Positions 9,480-16,248 of a stretch of DNA of 37,540 bases are shown piece by piece; position 1 is the first letter of the stretch, and every line of letters starts with the position of its first letter. Under the pieces are notes generated by a model, which was not told the DNA's origin, did not search any database, and saw only the letters and a program-made list of their open reading frames with translations. The DNA lies in the IMG/VR virus record IMGVR_UViG_3300045988_171251. One strand, 5' to 3'. Source of the DNA: a virus. The translations under genes were made by a program, and so were the position numbers.

Positions 9480-9605
9480 ATGGCGAATTTTTTAGTTTAC
9501 AGAATCTTAGATGAAAAATTAACGTATGACAAAGTGCCTCAAGCGTTAAAAGAGGAAGTTAAAAAAATCTTAATCGAGTTAGGGCATGAAGAATTAGTGC
9601 ACTAA
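9480..9605 (+). CDS. XkdX-like small protein (41 aa). Not in the ORF track.
   Basis: ATG at 9480, two nt after the upstream stop. Product MANFLVYRILDEKLTYDKVPQALKEEVKKILIELGHEELVH. Size and position (fibre -> XkdX -> holin) are typical of Firmicutes phages. Confidence 0.4.
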   Translation: MANFLVYRILDEKLTYDKVPQALKEEVKKILIELGHEELVH

Positions 9606-9660
9606 TCTGCTGATTCGATGACAACTGTATTCAATAAAATTTTAATTGAAGGTGAGGAAA

Positions 9661-10071
9661 ATGAAAAAAATGGAAAAAGTATTTAATAGTACTGTAGCTG
9701 TTGTGGCTACTTTTTTTACGTATTTATTCGGGGGCTGGGATGCAGCAATTGGTATTTTAATTGTATTTATGTGTTTAGATTATGCGACTGGTGTAATCGT
9801 TGCCTACCAAAACAATCTGTTAGACAGTGAAGTTGGATTTAAAGGACTTGTAAAGAAATTTATGATCCTTGTCATCTTAATTGTAGCAGTGATGTTAGAT
9901 AGATTAATGAATACTGGCACATGGGTATTTCGTACACTTGTGTGTTACTTCTACATCGCAAATGAGGGAATTTCTTTATTAGAAAACGTTTCTAATTTAG
10001 GAGTAAAAATCCCTGATAAATTAAAAGATGCATTAGTGCAGCTGAATAAAGATGAAAGTGAGGAAGAATAA
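9661..10071 (+). CDS. Holin (phage_holin_4/TcdE-like, 3 TM).
   Basis: Hydrophobic helices FNSTVAVVATFFTYLF, IGILIVFMCLDYATGVIVA and FMILVILIVAVML, with a charged C-terminus. Immediately upstream of the endolysin. ATG 9661 or 9670 after GGTGAGG. The track's TTG at 9646 is an alternative. Confidence 0.75.
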   Translation: MKKMEKVFNSTVAVVATFFTYLFGGWDAAIGILIVFMCLDYATGVIVAYQNNLLDSEVGFKGLVKKFMILVILIVAVMLDRLMNTGTWVFRTLVCYFYIANEGISLLENVSNLGVKIPDKLKDALVQLNKDESEEE

Positions 10072-10072
10072 C

Positions 10073-11188
10073 ATGGAAATCAAACAAATTTTTTTAGTAA
10101 ACAATGAATGTTATAAAGCAGGCAGAACTATTAAAGTTACAAAGTTAATGGTTCACTCTACTGCGTGTCCTAATGTGTCTGCTGCTGGTTTTGCAAAAGC
10201 ATGGAATACTCCAAGACCTGCTGGTAGACAAGTATGTGTTCATGCTTTTGTAGATGATAAAGAGGATATTCAAACTTTGCCATGGAATTATAGAGGTTGG
10301 CACTGCGGTGGTTCAGGTAATGATAATATGATTGGTGTTGAAATGTGTGAACCTGCTGATTATTCAGATAAAGCGTATTTTGATGCTGCTATTAAAAATA
10401 TGATTGAGTTATATGCTTATTTATGTAAAGAGTATGGATTAACTGCTAATGACATTATTTCACATAAAGAAGGTCATTCACAGGGTGTTGCTTCTAATCA
10501 TGGTGATCCTGATCACTGGTGGAAGTTCGTAGGATACACAATGAATGATTTTAGAGCTGATGTTGCTAATTATATTGCAAATGGTAATGTAGATGTTAGT
10601 TATGGTAATACTGTAAAACCTATTCAACCACAAACCAGTGAGGGATATACAACTGGTAAGACTTATACATTACAAACTGAACTGAAAGTCAGAACAGGAG
10701 CTGGTACAAACTATAGAGCTAAATCTCACAGTGAATTAACTGTAGACGGTAGAAAACATGATGCTGATGGAGATGGGGCTTTAGATAAAGGTACTAGAGT
10801 TTCATGCTTAGAAGTTGCAAAAAATGGTGATGATATTTGGATCAGAACACCATCAGGATGGTTAGCAGCTTATTACAATGGTAATAGATATATCTCTGGT
10901 GAGGCTGTTTCTGGTGGTTCTTCTACAAGTCAAAATAAGCCTTCTAGTGCATCAAAACCATTAGGTATTTATGAAGTTACAGCTAGTGATTTAAGTGTTC
11001 GTACTGGCCCCGGGACAAATTATCCACGTAAGACATATGCAGAGCTTAGTACAGACGCAAAAAAACATGATTATGATAAAGACGGATGTCTAAACAAGGG
11101 TACTCGTGTTACTGTAAAAGAATGGAAAAACGGGTTTGCACGTATTCCTAGCGGATGGGTAAGCGGAGATTATCTAAAAAAGGTATAG
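10073..11188 (+). CDS. Endolysin: N-acetylmuramoyl-L-alanine amidase (Amidase_2/PGRP) plus two C-terminal SH3b domains.
   Basis: HSTACPN...HAFVDD...WHCG...GVEMCEP amidase motifs. Two ~70-aa SH3_3 repeats (VRTGAGTNY..., VRTGPGTNY...). ATG 10073 with SD GAGGAAG. The track start at 10052 overlaps the holin. Confidence 0.9.
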   Translation: MEIKQIFLVNNECYKAGRTIKVTKLMVHSTACPNVSAAGFAKAWNTPRPAGRQVCVHAFVDDKEDIQTLPWNYRGWHCGGSGNDNMIGVEMCEPADYSDKAYFDAAIKNMIELYAYLCKEYGLTANDIISHKEGHSQGVASNHGDPDHWWKFVGYTMNDFRADVANYIANGNVDVSYGNTVKPIQPQTSEGYTTGKTYTLQTELKVRTGAGTNYRAKSHSELTVDGRKHDADGDGALDKGTRVSCLEVAKNGDDIWIRTPSGWLAAYYNGNRYISGEAVSGGSSTSQNKPSSASKPLGIYEVTASDLSVRTGPGTNYPRKTYAELSTDAKKHDYDKDGCLNKGTRVTVKEWKNGFARIPSGWVSGDYLKKV

Positions 11189-11192
11189 TAAT

Positions 11193-11432
11193 ATGTTTAA
11201 AAAAGAATTAGATAAAATGATAGTTTTTACTATAAGTGCCATAGCTTTATTTTTTGGATGTATTGCCATTTATCAGGAGTGGCAAGTTAATAATCTAAAA
11301 AGCAGTTTAGAATTAACAAAACAGGAATTACAAGAGACTCGAGACGATAGAGATTATTATAAATCTCAATACCAGAAATATTACGAGCTATCCGAAGAAC
11401 TCCAAAATCAATTAGGCGTTTACTGTGAATAG
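11193..11432 (+). CDS. Small single-pass membrane protein with coiled coil (lysis-associated or superinfection-exclusion candidate).
   Basis: TM segment MIVFTISAIALFFGCIAIY followed by a heptad-like QELQETRDD...SEELQNQL. Directly after the endolysin. Confidence 0.5.
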   Translation: MFKKELDKMIVFTISAIALFFGCIAIYQEWQVNNLKSSLELTKQELQETRDDRDYYKSQYQKYYELSEELQNQLGVYCE

Positions 11433-11584
11433 AATCTATCTAAAACACGGTGCTGAAGATGTTCATGGTAGCAAATTAAATACCCGAATAGAATACATCC
11501 TTATATATAAGGGACTAGTTCATAGTATAATAACTTCTGGATATGGCAAAAAAATATATATCAATAATAAATATTTAAAAATAT

Positions 11585-11620
11585 AACCTAACTCATTTTT
11601 TTGAGTTAGGTTTTTTTGCT
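11585..11620. terminator. Bidirectional Rho-independent terminator shared by convergent transcripts.
   Basis: Stem AACCTAACTCA / TGAGTTAGGTT with a T6 loop, followed by TTTTTTTGCTTTTT. The stop codon of the - strand RHH gene lies inside the stem. Confidence 0.7.
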
Positions 11621-11781
11621 TTTTCAATTGTTTCGATCATTGCTTCGCGAAATACTTCACTTTGCGAGATTCCTAGAGATTTACAAGCCGACTTGAATTC
11701 CTGTACAAATTCTTTTTTGTATTTGGCATTTACAAAAGCCATATTTTTTTTGTCGTATTTTTCCTGTGGCCGTTCATTCAT
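11593..11781 (-). CDS. Ribbon-helix-helix (CopG/Arc-like) DNA-binding protein.
   Basis: SD AAGAGGT 9 nt before the ATG. Beta-strand KNMAFVNAKY then helices EFVQEFKSACKSLGISQSEVFREAMIETIEKA match an RHH pattern. Confidence 0.6.
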   Translation of the reverse strand: MNERPQEKYDKKNMAFVNAKYKKEFVQEFKSACKSLGISQSEVFREAMIETIEKAKKPNSKK

Positions 11782-11944
11782 TCTTGTTTACCTCTTTTAA
11801 AATATAAAGACAAATTAAAACTGTCAATATATTAATGATTAATTTTACGATTCCTAAAAGTGAGTTGTTGAATTCAAGCAAATCAGGTATAGAATCTATT
11901 AGAATAAGACCGATCAAGAGATTTAAAATTTTTTCACTTTTCAT
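11774..11944 (-). CDS. 56-aa two-TM membrane peptide, translationally coupled to the RHH gene (ATGAATGA overlap). Not in the ORF track.
   Basis: MKSEKILNLLIGLILIDSIPDLLEFNNSLLGIVKLIINILTVLICLYILKEVNKNE. Its stop codon TGA overlaps the RHH start. No strong SD. Confidence 0.4.
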   Translation of the reverse strand: MKSEKILNLLIGLILIDSIPDLLEFNNSLLGIVKLIINILTVLICLYILKEVNKNE

Positions 11945-11961
11945 AGATATTGTTTTAAGTT

Positions 11962-11970
11962 ATGGTATAA
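11962..11970 (+). promoter_or_regulatory. Extended -10 element TGGTATAAT on the + strand, a candidate promoter of an RNA antisense to the 36-aa peptide gene.
   Basis: TGnTATAAT match at 11962-11970. Its transcript would run antisense across 11991-12101 towards the terminator at 12325-12360. Confidence 0.35.
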
Positions 11971-11990
11971 TATATTATAGGTAAGGGGAA

Positions 11991-12101
11991 TTACTTCCCC
12001 TTGTGAGACTTACGGTAGATATTATATGTTGCTAAAGCGATTGCAAGTTGAATTAGCTTATATACAATATCGAGTAAGTCTTTTAAATTGTTCTTATCCA
12101 C
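11991..12101 (-). CDS. 36-aa hydrophobic peptide with a basic C-terminus (type I toxin-like: MDKNNLKDLLDIVYKLIQLAIALATYNIYRKSHKGK). Not in the ORF track.
   Basis: GTG start at 12101 preceded by SD AAGGAGGT (+ strand 12112-12118 CCTCCTT). One TM helix plus an RKSHKGK tail. Has its own consensus promoter. Confidence 0.45.
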   Translation of the reverse strand: MDKNNLKDLLDIVYKLIQLAIALATYNIYRKSHKGK

Positions 12102-12131
12102 AACTTAATTACCTCCTTTCTTTACAATATT

Positions 12132-12160
12132 ATTATAACATACGTATATACGTATGTAAA
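12132..12160 (-). promoter_or_regulatory. Sigma-A-type promoter (TTTACA - 17 nt - TATAAT on the - strand). Its spacer is a 20-bp perfect palindrome ACATACGTATATACGTATGT (12138-12157), a likely operator.
   Basis: Read directly from the reverse complement: -35 at 12155-12160, -10 at 12132-12137. The palindrome fills the spacer. The SD and GTG of the 36-aa peptide lie about 20 nt downstream. Confidence 0.6.
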
Positions 12161-12324
12161 GTGTTTTTGATTACAAATAAAAAAATTGTGGAACGATTTT
12201 GGAATAAAAAGATAATTATTTTAATAGATAGGGGAAAATAAATGAAAATTAGACTAAGTAAAATAAAGTATTTATGATAAATAAAACATTAAAATGGTTT
12301 TCCCGTATAGAATACAGATATTAG

Positions 12325-12360
12325 AAACCCCTTGTCCCAAAGGGGTTTTTTCTTTTTTAT
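12325..12360 (+). terminator. Strong Rho-independent terminator on the + strand. No + strand protein gene lies upstream, so it is a candidate 3' end of the antisense RNA and/or a host-derived terminator within attP.
   Basis: Stem AAACCCCTT / AAGGGGTTT (9 bp) with loop GTCCCA, followed by TTTTTTCTTTTTT. Confidence 0.6.
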
Positions 12361-12363
12361 AAG

Positions 12364-12386
12364 CTCGTGGCACGGTCGTGGCACGA
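12364..12386. repeat. Tandem direct repeat TCGTGGCACG x2 immediately 3' of the int stop (candidate integrase-binding/attP element).
   Basis: CTCGTGGCACGG TCGTGGCACGA. GC-rich in an AT-rich spacer and adjacent to the integrase stop at 12413. Confidence 0.4.
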
Positions 12387-12412
12387 TTTTTTTTAAAAAT
12401 GGATTTATGACT

Positions 12413-13507
12413 TTATTCTAAATCATCTATAACGTTTAAAATTTCCTGACGTTCGCTAGGGAAAAGATGTCCATAAACACGTTCTACCATTTCTTTACTG
12501 TGTCCGAGTCTTTCGGCAATTGTTAAACTCTTCACTCCGCTATTTATCAAGATGCTAACGTGGCTGTGCCTAAATTCATGAAGTGTAATCCGATTAAGTG
12601 GTCTGTCGCTATGAAGTTCATTATATAACGATATATATGAATCTTTTAGGCGTGTAAAATACTGTTGGTAAATCACATCATAAATTCCGAAGATAAAGCA
12701 GTCGTCATTAAAACCGTCAATATTTTTATCTCTGGCGTATTTTTCCTTTAACTCCTTAATTAATATCCTGTTTAATAAAACGTGCCTGTGCTTGCCATTT
12801 TTTGTATCTTCTGATAATAAATGATTCTTTTCATCCCAGTTGTCATGTACATAAATATCTCTATTGTTCCAGTTTATATCGCTCCATTTTCTTGTCTGCA
12901 CTTCTCCTATTCGCATTCCAGTATGATAAAGCATATCAAAAAATAATCTGTCATCAGGGTCATTAATAACTGTTTTAAATGCTTTATACTCCTCATAGGT
13001 CCAGTATCTTATTTTACTACTGTTCTTTTTGTTTTCATGACGAACAAATTCAACATAATCAAACGGATTTTTATCAATTATCATTCTGCGTACTGCATGG
13101 TTTAATAACCGGTTCAGCATTGATTGAATTATTTTAGTGTAGCTGTTTGAATAATTTTTCTTTAATAACTCATTTTGAAAATCTTCAATGACAGGTATAT
13201 TTATTTTTTGAACTATCATTTCACCAAAGTAAGGCATTAACTGTTTATTTATAAGATATTCAAAATCTTTAAGTGATCTTGCTTTTACCCGAGTTGATTT
13301 ATAAGTGATAAAATCATTTATGAGTTGTTTAAAAGTTATCTGCTGCTTGATTATTTTATCAGACAGTCTATATGCTGCCTCGTAGTTGCGAGCAAGCTCT
13401 TTTGTTTCAAAACCTCTTTTTTTGTGTTTATGCGATTGACCCAATGAATCGGTGTAATCTATAGAAACAAACCACGTATTTCTTTTCTTGTCTTTGTAAA
13501 CTGGCAT
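12413..13507 (-). CDS. int: Tyrosine integrase (phage integrase family).
   Basis: C-terminal catalytic motifs ...RIGE..., HEFRHSHVSILINSGV, LGHSKEMVERVYGHL (R-H-R-Y). N-terminal SAM-like arm. SD GAAGGGAG. Confidence 0.9.
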   Translation of the reverse strand: MPVYKDKKRNTWFVSIDYTDSLGQSHKHKKRGFETKELARNYEAAYRLSDKIIKQQITFKQLINDFITYKSTRVKARSLKDFEYLINKQLMPYFGEMIVQKINIPVIEDFQNELLKKNYSNSYTKIIQSMLNRLLNHAVRRMIIDKNPFDYVEFVRHENKKNSSKIRYWTYEEYKAFKTVINDPDDRLFFDMLYHTGMRIGEVQTRKWSDINWNNRDIYVHDNWDEKNHLLSEDTKNGKHRHVLLNRILIKELKEKYARDKNIDGFNDDCFIFGIYDVIYQQYFTRLKDSYISLYNELHSDRPLNRITLHEFRHSHVSILINSGVKSLTIAERLGHSKEMVERVYGHLFPSERQEILNVIDDLE

Positions 13508-13579
13508 TGTAAAAAACTCCCTTCATATGTTATAATGGGAGCATAATAAAAAGTGTTAACCGGCCAAGTTAATTTTTTA

Positions 13580-13816
13580 TTATACTCGAATGATATTATC
13601 AGTATCATTCATTAGATCGCTGTTACCAGCAGTGGTCTTTTTTTTGTCAATAAAATTTTTTATGTAAAGCAGTTGTCGAGATTTTCTCGATAACTGAATT
13701 TTATAGATTATTATGGATTCTTTAATTTTATCTAGTATTTTTAAAAAGAAAATACCCCCTGTTACTATTGACAGGGTCAAGGATACTAAGACCACGTACC
13801 ATAATATGAATATCAA
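13580..13816 (-). CDS. Hypothetical small membrane protein (TTG start, weak RBS).
   Basis: N-terminal TM helix ILWYVVLVSLTLSIVTGGIFFL. Lies between the exonuclease gene and int. No convincing SD. Confidence 0.25.
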   Translation of the reverse strand: MIFILWYVVLVSLTLSIVTGGIFFLKILDKIKESIIIYKIQLSRKSRQLLYIKNFIDKKKTTAGNSDLMNDTDNIIRV

Positions 13817-13887
13817 AGGCGCATGACCATAATTCGATTATATGGTAGGCATATACAGTACTTGCATCAATAATTACAAAATCATAC

Positions 13888-15105
13888 TTATTCTTTGTTA
13901 TAATCATCAACTGCTAGAAATGGTAGTAAATCTTTTTCCTTTATAATTTTGATACTTGTTGATTTTTTTAATTCGAGTGCTTTTTCTATTTTTCTTCCGT
14001 AATTACCAAACTTCCATTGGGGTTCTTTATTTGTACCGACTATCAAATAGTCAGTTTTGCCTGATACAGCAGAAGTAACTTTACCGCCAAGAGATATAAT
14101 GTTTTCTATTAATTCAGCTTTTTCTATATAAATAAAATGACCAGTTAAAACAAATTTTGATTTTAAATTAATATCAGTAATTTCATCAAAATCTAATTGT
14201 GTTATTTCATCTGTAACCTCATCATCATTTTTATTTTTATCTAGGTAATCTATATTTTTAAGGTATTTACTAACTTCATTATAAATTTTTTCTGAATTAT
14301 TATTTTCTAAAAAAGTAAATAATTTTGGTGTAAATATTATTTTTTTATCAGTTGATAAAAATTCAAAAAGATGCATTAGAGCAATACAGTCATATCTGGC
14401 ACTATGTTGGTTCTCATAGTGAATACTAAAATGCTCACATAAATTTACTAACGAATATTTTTCTAACTCTGGAAATTTATTTTTGCATTCGGTGAATGTG
14501 CACACATAGTTAATATTTGGATACTCCAGATTATAATGTGTTAGAGTTTTTTTCAGGACATTAAAATCAAAATTTGAATTATGTGATATAATTACATAGT
14601 TTTCAAAAAGTTTTTTAATATTTGGCCATAATTGATCAAATGTAGGCGATGAAGAAACTTTATGCGCATCTAATTTAGTTATTTTTGTATTGATATAATC
14701 AAAGTTTGTTTCAGGATTTATTGTCGTACTATAGTCTTTGATTACTTTTCCGTTTTCAACGATGAGTAACCCAATCTGGCTAATTCTATCATTTTTTTTA
14801 TTTGGAGTTTCCACATCAAATATAGCATATTTATTTGGAAATTTTAGTGGATCACTTACTATTTTTTGTGTACTGTTTTTGGTTTCTATATTTGTTTCTG
14901 TTACTCTTTTGCTTTTATCTAAAAATATAGTTTTTTTTAATTTTAAGGTAAAAAAAGCACCTATACAAGACCAAACAATGTAGAATATTATACCAAAAAA
15001 ACCATATTTATTAAATTGAGAAATCATTATGATAATTCCTAATATTCCAAACAGAGTAAATAAAACAAGCGAATAAAAAATTCCCTTTTTAAATGTCATT
15101 TTCAT
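13888..15105 (-). CDS. Membrane-anchored DnaQ-like (DEDDh) 3'-5' exonuclease with a C-terminal BRCT domain. Sits in the lysogeny operon downstream of the cI-like repressor.
   Basis: SD AAGGAGA 6 nt before the ATG. Two N-terminal TM helices (aa ~10-55). Exo I FDVETP, Exo II HNSNFDFNVL, Exo III HSARYDCIAL. C-terminal FVLTGHF...GGKVTSAVSGKTDYLIVG...KIEKALEL is BRCT-like, as in LigA. Confidence 0.7.
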   Translation of the reverse strand: MKMTFKKGIFYSLVLFTLFGILGIIIMISQFNKYGFFGIIFYIVWSCIGAFFTLKLKKTIFLDKSKRVTETNIETKNSTQKIVSDPLKFPNKYAIFDVETPNKKNDRISQIGLLIVENGKVIKDYSTTINPETNFDYINTKITKLDAHKVSSSPTFDQLWPNIKKLFENYVIISHNSNFDFNVLKKTLTHYNLEYPNINYVCTFTECKNKFPELEKYSLVNLCEHFSIHYENQHSARYDCIALMHLFEFLSTDKKIIFTPKLFTFLENNNSEKIYNEVSKYLKNIDYLDKNKNDDEVTDEITQLDFDEITDINLKSKFVLTGHFIYIEKAELIENIISLGGKVTSAVSGKTDYLIVGTNKEPQWKFGNYGRKIEKALELKKSTSIKIIKEKDLLPFLAVDDYNKE

Positions 15106-15146
15106 AGATCTTCTCCTTAGATAATATAAAGTTATTTTGAGATAGA

Positions 15147-15782
15147 TTAAAATTTTCCTCTTAATTCAACCACTTTTCCGATTATTTGGACAGGTAATGT
15201 ATTTATTTCCTCTGCGTTATAGAAGATAGGTTCATATGAATTGTTTAACGGGATAAGCATAATACCATTGTCCATTTTCTTTATTTTTTTTACAGTCGCT
15301 TCATTACCGTTTACTAAAACAATTGCTATTTCACCGTTTTCAATATTACTCTGTTTTTTTACAATTACTACATCGCCTTCTAAAAATCTTGGGCTCATAG
15401 AATCACCTTTAATCTGCAATCCATAAAATTCGCCAGTACTAGCCAATTTTATATCAATTTCTTCATAATCTATTATTTCTTCAATTGCATCGATAGGTAT
15501 ACCTGCAATTACTTTTCCAACAACTGGAATACTAACACCACGACCACTCATATTTTGATTTTCTATTTTTTCAGTTAGATTCGATTTCCAAATTCCAAGA
15601 TAATCAGCTATAGCCTGTATTTTATCTATCCTTGGATATTTTTTTCCATTTGCCCATTCGGATACTATACTTGTATTGTATCCTAAGTCATCGGCTAAAT
15701 CTTTTTGAGTTTTGTTAGCAAGACTTAATTGATGTTTTAAATTTCTTGCAAAAATTTGTTTTTGTATATCTTTATCATTCAT
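15147..15782 (-). CDS. cI-like repressor: HTH_XRE plus S24 (LexA-like) autopeptidase.
   Basis: ATG 15782 with SD AGAGGTG. HTH QKDLADDLGYNTSIVSEWANGKKYP. S24 motifs GDSMSP and the lysine in VKKIKK. The track's longer start at 15857 lacks an RBS. Confidence 0.85.
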   Translation of the reverse strand: MNDKDIQKQIFARNLKHQLSLANKTQKDLADDLGYNTSIVSEWANGKKYPRIDKIQAIADYLGIWKSNLTEKIENQNMSGRGVSIPVVGKVIAGIPIDAIEEIIDYEEIDIKLASTGEFYGLQIKGDSMSPRFLEGDVVIVKKQSNIENGEIAIVLVNGNEATVKKIKKMDNGIMLIPLNNSYEPIFYNAEEINTLPVQIIGKVVELRGKF

Positions 15783-15813
15783 GTTTTCACCTCTATTCAT
15801 ATAATTATGATAT

Positions 15814-15893
15814 AACTTAAAGTGAGAAAAAACAATAATAATTTGAAGAAAATTCACTTTTTGATTGACAATTCACTTTAAGTGAGTTATAGT
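15814..15893. promoter_or_regulatory. Genetic switch region: three related operator sites (AACTTAAAGTGAG 15814-15826; TTCACTTTTTG 15853-15863; TTCACTTTAAGTGAG 15872-15886) plus the P(cro) promoter TTGACA (15865-15870) - 17 nt - TATAGT (15888-15893).
   Basis: Divergent intergenic region between the cI-like and cro-like genes. Site 3 is the palindrome CACTT-T-AAGTG and lies in the promoter spacer. Confidence 0.65.
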
Positions 15894-15921
15894 TTATGTG
15901 AAAGGAGGCTAAGATTGAGAG

Positions 15922-16188
15922 ATGAACAAAAGTGAGTCGCCTAAAATAACACTAAAAGCGTGCAGAATAAATTCAGGTCTAAAGCTATCTGCCGTCTCAA
16001 AAATAATAAATAAAACCGAGCGAACTTTAATTAATTGGGAAAATGGAATCTTTCTTCCTGATGAAGCTAATTTAGATTTGTTATCAAAAATATACGGTAT
16101 GCCTAAAGATTTTATTTTTTTAGGAAATAAATTCGCTTTAAGTGAACATTATTTGGAGTATCAGAGTAAAAATATTGCAAAAAATTAA
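15922..16188 (+). CDS. Cro-like HTH_XRE regulator.
   Basis: Divergent from cI. HTH motif LKLSAVSKIINKTERTLINWENG. SD AAAGGAGG. Confidence 0.75.
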   Translation: MNKSESPKITLKACRINSGLKLSAVSKIINKTERTLINWENGIFLPDEANLDLLSKIYGMPKDFIFLGNKFALSEHYLEYQSKNIAKN

Positions 16189-16248
16189 AATCACATCAAT
16201 CGATAGTTTATTCAAAACAGATTTAGAAGAATGAAAAGGAGGAATTTT

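Noticed and set aside
12026-12241. A + strand 71-aa ORF in the int-proximal spacer.
   Set aside because: Its product is Tyr/Leu/Ile low-complexity and it has no SD. It overlaps the better-supported minus-strand 36-aa gene, promoter and palindrome. It is more likely an untranslated (antisense) RNA region.
15783-15857. The longer N-terminus of the repressor (start at 15857, MNFLQIIIVFSHFKLY...).
   Set aside because: It has no SD and its hydrophobic N-terminal extension is atypical for a cI-like protein. The internal ATG at 15782 has AGAGGTG 5 nt upstream and starts right before the HTH.
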